Part shown: positions 10,619 through 18,474 of the stretch, piece by piece
Numbering within the stretch: position 1 is the first letter of the stretch
Layout of the letters: each line of letters starts with the position of its first letter
Source: Candidatus Nomurabacteria bacterium
Lineage (GTDB): Bacteria > Patescibacteriota > Minisyncoccia > Phycocordibacterales > SBAW01
Direction of reading: 5' to 3'
NCBI GenBank assembly: GCA_943356415.1
Contig: CALREW010000001.1
Coordinates: forward strand, 149,252-213,251
Length of the DNA stretch: 64,000 bases
The notes under the pieces: generated by a model
Databases searched by the model: none
Seen by the model: only the letters and a program-made list of their open reading frames with translations
Told to the model about the DNA's origin: nothing
Position numbers and translations under genes: made by a program

Positions 10619-11119
10619 TTACGCGCTAGAAGCTGCCACCGAAGCCAGACGAGGCCGCTGGCGGATGAGAAGTTTACCCTCCACCACCTCGCCAAAGCCT
10701 GACTCGCGGTACATCTCACCCGCCGCGCCTTCCATGACATGCGCGACGATGGCGAGATGCCGCTTCGCCATGCTGTCAGCCTCGTTGACGAGGCATTCGA
10801 TCAGCGCCGCCCGGAGACGCAGCAACTCTTCGCCGTCCTTGATGGGGGCGAAGAAGAAGTTGGTGATGATCCCGGCGTTGCCGCTCAACAGGTCGAGGTG
10901 AGCGAGCGAGGCCGTCGCCACGATCCGGCCGGTCTTGCCGATCAGGCTACGACGGACCACCGCGATGCGGCAGGATGTCATGACGCGCTGGAGGCCTTCG
11001 AGGGTGACGGACACGCCACCTTTCGAGATGTGGTGGAAATCGTCGACATCAGCTTGCGTCACGCACGAAGGGTGCAGCGTATGGGCTTGGCCATAGACGA
11101 AGCCAGTGTTCTCAATCAT
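10619..11119 (-). CDS. Hypothetical protein (GC-rich island); start placed at MIENTGF, track ORF extends to 11215
   Basis: ORF in about 62% GC DNA downstream of the GNAT gene on the same strand; no recognisable motif. Confidence 0.35.
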   Translation of the reverse strand: MIENTGFVYGQAHTLHPSCVTQADVDDFHHISKGGVSVTLEGLQRVMTSCRIAVVRRSLIGKTGRIVATASLAHLDLLSGNAGIITNFFFAPIKDGEELLRLRAALIECLVNEADSMAKRHLAIVAHVMEGAAGEMYRESGFGEVVEGKLLIRQRPRLASVAASSA

Positions 11120-11283
11120 GGCTCTAACCTCACAAGTTGCCAGTTGGGGAAACAAAGCAGATATTCGAACAGGTACAATCGATAAAACCATACAATAAAC
11201 CTTATATTCCGTCAATATAACGAAAACCGCCAGGGGAGACCCCGGGCGGTTTCGCTACTCACTCGTAGCTGGTGGATGGATAT

Positions 11284-11775
11284 TCACGTGCCGCCCGGGG
11301 TCCAACGATAGGTCCGTGTGTGGCGGCGCTGCACACCCCAGCCCTGCATCGTCGAGCCTTCGTAGAAGGCCTGTGCACCCGTCTTGCTCGAAGTCCAGTC
11401 GACGTGATCGAACTTCTTCTCACGCGCGACTTGGAACAGCTTGCGCATGACACGTTTGCCAAGGCCTCGGCCTTCATGTGCGCGGAGCGTCGAGACGTCA
11501 TTGACCGTCGCGAAGCGCTTGCCGACGTACTCCGCGAGCAAATGCGGCGTCATGATGGCCATCGAGACGATGGTGCCGCCACTGTCGCGCACAACCACCC
11601 AATACGCGCCTTGCGCAAGGACCATCTCATAGTGCCAACGCAGCTGCTCGAGCGACTTCGCAGGCAAGCTTTTGTTGCCAGCCAAATGCTGCATCAAAGC
11701 GGCGATGGCCTGCACATCCTTATCCGTAAGACGCTGTCCTCCGATCAACTCAGCCTCGCTGTAGGCTTCAGCCAT
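11284..11775 (-). CDS. GNAT family N-acetyltransferase (GC-rich island)
   Basis: Acetyl-CoA binding motif RAHEGRGLGKRVMRKL and C-terminal GAQAFYEGSTMQG. Confidence 0.7.
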   Translation of the reverse strand: MAEAYSEAELIGGQRLTDKDVQAIAALMQHLAGNKSLPAKSLEQLRWHYEMVLAQGAYWVVVRDSGGTIVSMAIMTPHLLAEYVGKRFATVNDVSTLRAHEGRGLGKRVMRKLFQVAREKKFDHVDWTSSKTGAQAFYEGSTMQGWGVQRRHTRTYRWTPGGT

Positions 11776-11863
11776 TGTCTTGGCCTCCCAGCCACTGTTT
11801 CAACCTCAGGGACTATAACCAACTCTCGTAGAAAAAAGTAGCGGACAGGGAAGTCGCTCCTCA

Positions 11864-11909
11864 AAAACAACAACGCCCGCGAGGAGTTACCCTCGGGGCG
11901 CGTGTTGAA
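11864..11909. repeat. Left copy of a 46-bp perfect inverted repeat (AAAACAACAACGCCCGCGAGGAGTTACCCTCGGGGCGCGTGTTGAA)
   Basis: Exact reverse complement found at 14154..14199; also hairpin-capable. Confidence 0.9.
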
Positions 11910-11935
11910 GTGATCCTTCGAAGTGATCCTTCAAG
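11910..11935. repeat. Tandem 13-bp direct repeat GTGATCCTTCGAA / GTGATCCTTCAAG abutting the left IR
   Basis: Read directly. Confidence 0.8.
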
Positions 11936-11946
11936 GTGCTGCGGCA

Positions 11947-12246
11947 TCACCTCTTCAGGCTGGCGATGACGTAGTTCGCCAGCGACCAGAGCGTGCCGAA
12001 ACCTGCGGCGACGGCGATGAAGGCCGACACGCCCCTGATAGGGCCAGCCGAAATACTTGCCGCGACAGCGACGCAGATGGCGCAAATCAGGCCATAGAAC
12101 GCTGCGCAGATCAGTTCCTGCGCGATATCGTTCAGTTCGTCCCACACGGGGAATCGCGGCTTACGGCGAGATGTAATGGACATTGTTCGAAGCCCTTCGC
12201 GCGAATGCCTCTGCACGAGCTTGATTGCTCTTAAGGTGCAGTGCAT
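11947..12246 (-). CDS. Hypothetical small membrane protein (99 aa, GC-rich) inside the IR-bounded cassette
   Basis: Two predicted TM helices; GC-rich codon usage. Confidence 0.35.
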   Translation of the reverse strand: MHCTLRAIKLVQRHSREGLRTMSITSRRKPRFPVWDELNDIAQELICAAFYGLICAICVAVAASISAGPIRGVSAFIAVAAGFGTLWSLANYVIASLKR

Positions 12247-12748
12247 TTAACCAAACATACGGTACCACACTTATTTAATTTAGCTAGCCTAGCCGAGATT
12301 TTGAACTAAATAGGGGAGACAGGCTTCCCTAAACCTCCATGATTTTTTGACTAAACCTTCAGCCGCGTTAACAACCAGGGAATTACATACCCACAAACCA
12401 ATCAGATTTATATACACGCGGTGTGTGTGGGGTAGAAGGTCTGTTGCCTTAGACTCAAAGCCCAGTACTTGGCTATCCTAGTTCGTCTATAGCCATACGT
12501 CGCAAAAGGTATATTGTGCGACGTATGTAATCTCTTCTCCCCTAGGGACTAGGATGGCCGAGACGGTTGGTTGGGGCTTAGTGCCCTACGACGTTGTGCA
12601 GCGCGTGGCGCGACAGAATGGCACCGGAATACTTTTATGGGAAAGAAGCGAGTGAAGGCTGAATCTAATAGGTCTACCCCCCCCCCGACCGATTTGCTCA
12701 GGAAACCGGGGGAGACCGGCTTCCCTATTTCAGCGTAGAATTGTACCT

Positions 12749-13192
12749 GTGAGACATCAGGAGCTCGTAAAACGGATTCGCGAAAATGCTGAGCAAGGCC
12801 GGAGATTGGAAGCCTTTTTGCTACTCATGGCGTACATAGAGACTATTTTCAACATGCACCTGCAGTTTGTAATTATGATGGCTGCGAATAAGCAAATTGG
12901 TGATAGTAAGCCAATGGATACTGTCTATAAGAAAATTGAGCGGATGCGTATCTCAGAAGTTTTGCAAATGCTTTTTGACATGCAGCAGATCGAAAAAGAG
13001 TTTAAGAACAACCTGGGAAAACTTTTTGATAAGAGGAATCAATTAATACACGACGTCGTAAGTCACGTCATGTTCAACGTTAAATTAGACGACTCACTTA
13101 CTGAACCTTACGAGCAGGCTTTTACTGTGTTGGAAACGGAAATTTTTAAAAGCTGGACTGCCACACTTGATCAGCAATTTACAGGCAATTAG
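12749..13192 (+). CDS. Hypothetical all-alpha protein with a HEPN-like Rx4H motif (KRNQLIHD); candidate RNase toxin or abortive-infection effector
   Basis: RNQLIH matches the R-[NHQ]-x3-H HEPN catalytic motif; AT-rich; GTG start; convergent with a membrane protein gene. Confidence 0.45.
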   Translation: MRHQELVKRIRENAEQGRRLEAFLLLMAYIETIFNMHLQFVIMMAANKQIGDSKPMDTVYKKIERMRISEVLQMLFDMQQIEKEFKNNLGKLFDKRNQLIHDVVSHVMFNVKLDDSLTEPYEQAFTVLETEIFKSWTATLDQQFTGN

Positions 13193-13232
13193 GCAGAGAA
13201 GTCTTGTCTGAAAGAAAAAGTATTTACATCCC

Positions 13233-13958
13233 CTACCTGTCTCTACTTTTGCGCCACGCGATAAACTCTAGGAACGGCAAGCAGACAAAATGACAGGCTT
13301 CTCTAAACAGGAGAAGTGTGCCGATCCAGACACTTAGAACAACGTAGTAAATCAAAATCGCATAATCCCATTTGAATATAGTGTGTATACATGCGTCTGA
13401 TCCCGGGCCAATATCGATTGCCATATGCTGCCCAGAGCTGAAGGTTGTTGTAGAAATTGGCGTCGCCGCAAAGAGAGTAGTTGTTGAAGCCATCCGTTTT
13501 CCAAGTTCACTTATGGGCAAGTTAGACCAAATGGTTTTTTCGTCGTGAACACTCAAACTAACGGAGGCGTCAGTTGGTGTCATTACCACATAAGAAACTT
13601 CGCTTGCTTGTGAATATTCTCCAGTTTCTACATTTCTAAATCCGACTGACTTTAGGTTGTTTGACGCCACAACATCAGCAATAAACCAACTGTCGGTAAA
13701 TTTGATTATAGGTTCCAGTGATTTCAATTCTTCATACGTAAAAGTAGTACTCTGGTTATTTCTTTCAGGGATTAGGCAAAAATCTCTTGAATAATGCTTA
13801 TCAACCCACACTAAAAATATAAAAGGGACGACAAGAATAAAAAGTGTTTTCCTAAATTGAGCACTGGCAAATAATCTAACAAGGAAATCTTTGACTTGCG
13901 GACCTTTCGAAGCAAGCCATTTTAACCTGACCCACCATTTAATAAGCACTTCTTTCAC
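13233..13958 (-). CDS. Hypothetical membrane protein (TM helices at both ends, central extracytoplasmic domain), AT-rich
   Basis: Hydrophobic segments LFILVVPFIFLVWV and YAILIYYVVLSVWIGTLLLF; convergent partner of the HEPN-like ORF. Confidence 0.45.
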   Translation of the reverse strand: MKEVLIKWWVRLKWLASKGPQVKDFLVRLFASAQFRKTLFILVVPFIFLVWVDKHYSRDFCLIPERNNQSTTFTYEELKSLEPIIKFTDSWFIADVVASNNLKSVGFRNVETGEYSQASEVSYVVMTPTDASVSLSVHDEKTIWSNLPISELGKRMASTTTLFAATPISTTTFSSGQHMAIDIGPGSDACIHTIFKWDYAILIYYVVLSVWIGTLLLFREACHFVCLPFLEFIAWRKSRDR

Positions 13959-14153
13959 GTTCTAACCCTACCACCAATAATTTACGCTAGAAGGGGTCTT
14001 CCCTTCTCCTGTAGAATGTAGCTGTGGGCTATATAATTAAGAAGAATATTCTACTTACTGGCGCTGGCTTCAGTGCAAATTTTGGTGGTCTCCTTGCTGC
14101 GGATAGTCCGAAACGACGAGGGAAAACCGCCAGAGTAATCGGTTCGGTTCGAG

Positions 14154-14199
14154 TTCAACACGCGCCCCGAGGGTAACTCCTCGCGGGCGTTGTTGTTTT
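14154..14199. repeat. Right copy of the 46-bp perfect inverted repeat; on the + strand it reads as hairpin plus T-run (terminator-like)
   Basis: Exact reverse complement of 11864..11909. Confidence 0.9.
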
Positions 14200-14244
14200 A
14201 AAACGGTATAATTAATCCCATACAAGCTTTAGATAATTTTCTTC

Positions 14245-14640
14245 ATGCAGATTCCTTCTTGGGCTGAGTTATATGCACCGGTCATCGCGCGCGTACTTAT
14301 GGGCGGTATGTTCCTTATGGCAGGTATCCAAAAGTTTATGACATTGGATACAACGGCTGGCTATATTGCCACGAGCTTCCTCCCTGCCCCGATGGCCATG
14401 GCAGTCATCGCAGCCATCGTTGAAACCGTACTCGGCGCGTCACTCCTTATCGGCTACCGCACCAAGCTTGCTGCGGCAGGCCTCGCAGTCTTTACCGTCA
14501 TTGCCACCATCGCCTTCCACACTGGATGGAGCGCCAACCAGATGCAGCAAGTCCTTTTTACCAAGAACCTTGCTATCGTTGCCGGTCTTCTCTATATGAT
14601 GGCGTTTGGTTCTGGTCGCTACGCAGTAAACAACAAATAG
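14245..14640 (+). CDS. DoxX family membrane protein
   Basis: 4-TM DoxX-like sequence (MGGMFLMAGIQKF...). Confidence 0.65.
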   Translation: MQIPSWAELYAPVIARVLMGGMFLMAGIQKFMTLDTTAGYIATSFLPAPMAMAVIAAIVETVLGASLLIGYRTKLAAAGLAVFTVIATIAFHTGWSANQMQQVLFTKNLAIVAGLLYMMAFGSGRYAVNNK

Positions 14641-14663
14641 GTTTTAGCTTCCCTGAACAAAAC

Positions 14664-14700
14664 AAAACCCCGGCTCACATGGAGCCGGGGTTTTGTTTTT
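14664..14700 (+). terminator. Intrinsic terminator, likely bidirectional: CCCCGGCTC-acatg-GAGCCGGGG plus T-run
   Basis: Perfect 9-bp GC stem flanked by A-run and T-run. Confidence 0.75.
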
Positions 14701-14717
14701 AAAATCGTATTTCTATC

Positions 14718-15167
14718 TTACTTTTTGGCTACAGCAACTTTGGCACTTTGTGCAGCTGCCGTTTTGCCCCAGCAATTCTGGGACGGCTTCCACGGAGCGG
14801 TGCCTTCCTTGCCGTAGAGGTACTGAGCGTAACCGAGATTACCGTCTATGGTCTTAAGGTCGTAACCGAGGTCCTTTGCCGCTTTGGCATGGAAGTACTC
14901 ATTGATCTGCATTACGCCGATGTCTTGCGAGACGGCTTCACCGCGAAGCAGCTGACCTTTCTCATCAAACTGGCGAAAACGAGACTCGCAACGTGCGATT
15001 TCAGCGAGAACGGGCGTATCGGTATAGAACGTACGGACGTACTGTTCAACTGAAGGCGCCGACGTTGCAACGGTAGGTTCAACCGGTGCTTTGTCCGTCA
15101 TGGTGGCGTTCCAGAGCATCATTGCACCTATTACAAGTGGAATCATAATTAATAGGACTTCCCACAC
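14718..15167 (-). CDS. Membrane-anchored lytic transglycosylase-like (SLT/lysozyme-like) domain protein
   Basis: N-terminal TM; CESRF...GVMQIN resembles SLT catalytic ES...GLMQ motif. Confidence 0.5.
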   Translation of the reverse strand: MWEVLLIMIPLVIGAMMLWNATMTDKAPVEPTVATSAPSVEQYVRTFYTDTPVLAEIARCESRFRQFDEKGQLLRGEAVSQDIGVMQINEYFHAKAAKDLGYDLKTIDGNLGYAQYLYGKEGTAPWKPSQNCWGKTAAAQSAKVAVAKK

Positions 15168-15295
15168 ACAGTCCCTTTTCTCGTTCGGCCCGGGAAATCC
15201 TTAGGGAGGCCGAGGGGACAAATAAAAGCGCTCGGCCGCAATGACCGAGCCCAATAAGGGTATGTTTTTTGGCTAGTACCGGCAATAGCACCTCC

Positions 15296-15322
15296 TTGAC
15301 AGGACCCGAAGGTGGATATTAA
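15296..15322 (+). promoter_or_regulatory. Weak candidate promoter TTGACA-N15-TATTAA
   Basis: Consensus -35 with suboptimal spacer; a hairpin terminator lies about 130 nt downstream. Confidence 0.25.
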
Positions 15323-15426
15323 CGTTGCAAAATAAGGCTATTTTAGGAGATTTGCCAAAGAGCAATATTTATTGAGTTTTAGAACCCTTTCTCCCCTGCC
15401 GCCGGTTAGGTGAGCCCACAAAACAT

Positions 15427-15457
15427 GCAAAAAGGAGGCTTTTGGCCTCCTTTTTGC
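15427..15457 (+). terminator. Hairpin GGAGGC-ttttg-GCCTCC flanked by A-run and T-run (bidirectional terminator-like)
   Basis: Read directly. Confidence 0.55.
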
Positions 15458-15667
15458 ATCTCTTGCGTCTCTTTTGCTCTAGTCGGGCTGCCGGTCGGCC
15501 AGGCGTTCAAGCTTCGCCGTCGCTCACCTTGCCGCACGGCCCTGGCTCGTCATCTTGGGCCGGTGCCCAAGATATGCCTCCGCCTTTCGATTCCCGGCCG
15601 CAGAGTATGCAGATACTCTATTCAGCCCACCCATACGTAAAAGAGACGCTCTCGCGTCTTTTTACTT

Positions 15668-15741
15668 TGGTCGGGCTGCCGGGAATCGAACCCGGTCCAC
15701 ATCCACCCCATGGATGCATACTACCGGTATACTACAGCCCG
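15668..15741 (-). tRNA. tRNA-Pro (anticodon GGG), CCA encoded
   Basis: Manual fold: 7-bp acceptor stem (C1-G70 to G7-C64, 5' CGGGCUG) with discriminator A71 and encoded CCA, U8, D-loop with GG, anticodon loop AUGGGGU (G37), T-arm CCGGG-UUCGAUU-CCCGG. Confidence 0.7.
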
Positions 15742-15770
15742 AAATAACGAACCGCCGTATCTTACCGTAG

Positions 15771-16364
15771 TTACCAAGGCATCGGGAACTGATCGAACTC
15801 AGGAAGCAACTTCTTTCCGTATAAAAGCCTCGATATAACCTCTGCATGGCTCATGGCTCCGGTGAGGGCGTTGTGTGGGTCCGGCTCGTCCGGGATGCCG
15901 CAGTAGTTTAAGACTGCATCGAGGTTGAGGGCGGAGCGGTGGTGGACCGGGTCAACTGGCGGGGTAAGACCTGCTTTCACCATATGCATATAGCAGAGGG
16001 TGTGTGTGTCGATAGTGCGGTGGGCAAAAGGCCAGTTGGTATGCCCTGCTCGCTCAGCCGCTGCACGCAAAAAATCGCGGTCAAAGGAGACGTTCTGGCC
16101 AGCCAAAGTACGCTCCGGAACCTTGAGTGCCCACTCGATAAAAGCATGAGCTAAGTCTGCTTCAGTCATCTTGCTCGGGTCACGGAGCTCCACTTCGGTA
16201 AAGCCGTTGACCGCAAGTGCACCTTCGTCGATATGTGCTCCGTCCCAAACCTTACACTCCATGTACAGGCGATTTGTTGGGTTATCAATATCGAGAGCCC
16301 CCACACTCACAATCGAGTGCTTTTCGTAATTAACCCCGGACGTCTCCACATCAACAACAATCAT
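15771..16364 (-). CDS. DEDD-family 3'-5' exonuclease (DnaQ/RNase T-like)
   Basis: VVDVETSG Exo I motif and downstream H...D motifs. Confidence 0.65.
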   Translation of the reverse strand: MIVVDVETSGVNYEKHSIVSVGALDIDNPTNRLYMECKVWDGAHIDEGALAVNGFTEVELRDPSKMTEADLAHAFIEWALKVPERTLAGQNVSFDRDFLRAAAERAGHTNWPFAHRTIDTHTLCYMHMVKAGLTPPVDPVHHRSALNLDAVLNYCGIPDEPDPHNALTGAMSHAEVISRLLYGKKLLPEFDQFPMPW

Positions 16365-16418
16365 AGGAACCAGTGTATAGCCACAAGTGGCTTGCGACTA
16401 GTAGACCACCAATTTTGC

Positions 16419-16667
16419 CTAAACTTCTCCTACAACCTTAAGTACCCACCGTTCAACTTTAAGCACAATTCTTTCAGCTTGAGGATGCTGTCTTCCAATC
16501 TTATGTAAAAGTTTTTTTGCCCATTCGGAATATACGGAAAGTAAGACCAATCCTGCAACAAGAAACACCGTGCCGTTTAAGATAGGCAAAATAATGCCCG
16601 CGATGCCGAGCAAAAGGCATGCGTAGCCGACGGTTTGTATGCTGATTCGTTTAATATGTTTTGCCAT
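16419..16667 (-). CDS. Small inner membrane protein (DUF454/YbaN-like)
   Basis: Two TM helices with GxxxLPxLxGTxFLxxG pattern. Confidence 0.45.
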   Translation of the reverse strand: MAKHIKRISIQTVGYACLLLGIAGIILPILNGTVFLVAGLVLLSVYSEWAKKLLHKIGRQHPQAERIVLKVERWVLKVVGEV

Positions 16668-16763
16668 TTGAAATCACAGTATGACGGAAAAACCTGTATG
16701 CCGTATGAAGTGTTGAGGTGAGTATATACGTCATACGTGATACCTCATACTTTTATACCGTTT

Positions 16764-17177
16764 CTACTCCAATCCTTTGCAGTTACTTGCTGGTTGATAT
16801 CCAGCAGCCTTCGCTTCCGCAGTAGAGGTGAACCAAATCTTGTTTGCGTCTTTGATAGCTTTTGCTCCCGCACACCACGGAAAGTGATATTTAGTACCGC
16901 TTTTTGAAGCGACTACTCCTCCCGCAACAGCACCTGCCACTCCGGCTACAGAAGTGCCGGGGGTCTCGACAGACCCCCCTCCTTCCGTCGTACTGGTAGC
17001 GCCAGCAACATCTTCCCCAACGAGGCGCAGACCCGCCTGTGACGAAGCAGGCTTAGTTTGTGAGGCCGATACTCGCCCCAAGGCAAAGGACGAAAGTCCA
17101 ACCAGGATAATAACCAGGCATATAAGGACAGTTTGGCCTGGTTCCTTGCGGAAGGAGAGGAATTCTGGTAGATTCAT
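16764..17177 (-). CDS. Secreted or membrane-anchored protein with C-terminal Cys-containing domain (KYHFPWC...GYQPASNCKG)
   Basis: N-terminal TM or signal, low-complexity linker, conserved-looking C-terminal module. Confidence 0.45.
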   Translation of the reverse strand: MNLPEFLSFRKEPGQTVLICLVIILVGLSSFALGRVSASQTKPASSQAGLRLVGEDVAGATSTTEGGGSVETPGTSVAGVAGAVAGGVVASKSGTKYHFPWCAGAKAIKDANKIWFTSTAEAKAAGYQPASNCKGLE

Positions 17178-17218
17178 GCGGTAAATTATAGGGCACGGGC
17201 GTCAACTGAAACACTGAT

Positions 17219-17491
17219 ATGGCAACAAAAAAATCAGGCGGAACAGCGAAAAACCTTCGCGATTCTAATGCACAATACCTTGGCGTTAAGCTCTTTGGCG
17301 GCGAAGTTGCCAAACCGGGCGCTATTATCGTGCGCCAGCGCGGTACCCGCATCCTCCCAGGCAAGAACACCATGCTCGGCAAGGATCACACTATTTTTGC
17401 AGTAGCAGACGGCAAAGTAACCTTCCGCGACGTCCGCAAGAGTCACTTTGATGGAACGACTTCAACCAAAAAGAAAGTAGACGTCCTCTAG
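17219..17491 (+). CDS. rpmA: 50S ribosomal protein L27
   Basis: [29 protein letters not shown] matches L27 N-terminus. Confidence 0.9.
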   Translation: MATKKSGGTAKNLRDSNAQYLGVKLFGGEVAKPGAIIVRQRGTRILPGKNTMLGKDHTIFAVADGKVTFRDVRKSHFDGTTSTKKKVDVL

Positions 17492-17516
17492 ATCTCCCTG
17501 TCATATCTGAACTCAC

Positions 17517-17544
17517 ACAAAAGCCCCGTAAGGGGCTTTTGTGT
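17517..17544 (+). terminator. Intrinsic terminator after rpmA: AAAAGCCCC-gtaa-GGGGCTTTT
   Basis: Perfect stem plus T-run. Confidence 0.75.
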
Positions 17545-17547
17545 TAA

Positions 17548-17576
17548 TTGACCATTCTATTTTTCTTTTGTATAAA
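17548..17576 (+). promoter_or_regulatory. Near-consensus sigma70 promoter TTGACC-N17-TATAAA driving the GC-rich ORF at 17610
   Basis: Read directly; RBS GGGAG 7 nt before ATG. Confidence 0.55.
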
Positions 17577-17609
17577 AAGTTTGGACCGAAACACACCAGG
17601 GAGCCAACA

Positions 17610-18407
17610 ATGGCCTCGCATACTCCGTCGTTCTCCTTCGAGGGCTTGTCGGCTTCACAGCTCGCTCAGCTCGCCACGCTCATCTGCAATCGTAAAGACG
17701 CGGCGAACTTCGACGCCATCCTCAGCGAGGTTGGACGTCAGGTTGACCGCTTGGGCGGCCTTCACGACGCACTTCGTCACCTACGGCGCATGGGGAAACC
17801 TATTCCTTCCGCAACGCGCCTGCCGGTGTGGAAAAGGCTGCGACTTGGCACCCGCAGCACCTTCCTGAAATACCGCGCGGATCTCGACGTTCGAGAGTAC
17901 GGCTTCTTCGGCGGCGGGTTAGAGACGTACTACCTGTTTGAGGAACTGCGACGCTTCCGCCCTGCGCAGACGACGCATGAAGTAGACCTTGTTCGACTGT
18001 CCGCAAAGGACCTCGGCTTCATCGGACCGGTGAGCCACACCGACGTCTACGCCATCGCCAGCAAAATGGGACTGGAGCTCTGCACGCCAGAGGTCGGGCC
18101 CGCATTGCGTCGCGTCTACCGGAACCAACCGGTCGGCGAAACGCTCTACGTCGGCATGGAAGCGATCGAAAGACACCGCGCAAGCACGGCGCGTCAGGCT
18201 GATCTCCCACGGAAGTTCGGCTTCGCACTTCACCGCGAGTCGAACTTCAAGGATTACCGCCGGACGCACATGCGGCGGATGAAAAAAGCGCTCCTACTCA
18301 AACCGATCGAGTACGAGCGCTACCCTGAAGAGCCTGGGAATCTACGCTCCCACCCTCTGGTGCAGGGCAACTGGTTCTACGTGTTCGTCCGGCCTCGGCC
18401 GAAATAA
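17610..18407 (+). CDS. Hypothetical protein (GC-rich island, about 60% GC)
   Basis: ATG with GGGAG RBS; GC-rich hairpin (GAGGCCTGCA-tttcgg-TGCAGGCCTC) after stop. Confidence 0.45.
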   Translation: MASHTPSFSFEGLSASQLAQLATLICNRKDAANFDAILSEVGRQVDRLGGLHDALRHLRRMGKPIPSATRLPVWKRLRLGTRSTFLKYRADLDVREYGFFGGGLETYYLFEELRRFRPAQTTHEVDLVRLSAKDLGFIGPVSHTDVYAIASKMGLELCTPEVGPALRRVYRNQPVGETLYVGMEAIERHRASTARQADLPRKFGFALHRESNFKDYRRTHMRRMKKALLLKPIEYERYPEEPGNLRSHPLVQGNWFYVFVRPRPK

Positions 18408-18474
18408 CACGACCACCATCTGTGCGATTCGAGGCCTGCATTTCGGTGCAGGCCTCATCGTATTCAGGTAAGCG

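Larger units (their letters stand above)
11864..14199. mobile_element. IR-bounded ~2.3 kb cassette (putative non-autonomous mobile or invertible module); no transposase or recombinase inside
   Basis: 46-bp perfect terminal inverted repeats; interior mixes GC-rich and AT-rich (about 37% GC) genes unlike the about 50% backbone. Confidence 0.35.

Noticed and set aside
11910-11935. CRISPR array (tandem repeats near IR)
   Set aside because: Only two 13-bp units with no spacers and no cas genes; nothing CRISPR-like elsewhere in the window.
12455-12650. Possible group II intron domain V (AGCCATACGTCGCA...TGCGACGTATG hairpin)
   Set aside because: The loop is 12 nt rather than GNRA, there is no 2-nt bulge, and no reverse transcriptase/maturase ORF or other intron domains are visible.
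15456-15640. tmRNA or second tRNA in the GC-rich segment next to tRNA-Pro
   Set aside because: Only fragments of tRNA-like sequence (acceptor/T-arm pieces) are present; no complete cloverleaf, tag reading frame or CCA end.
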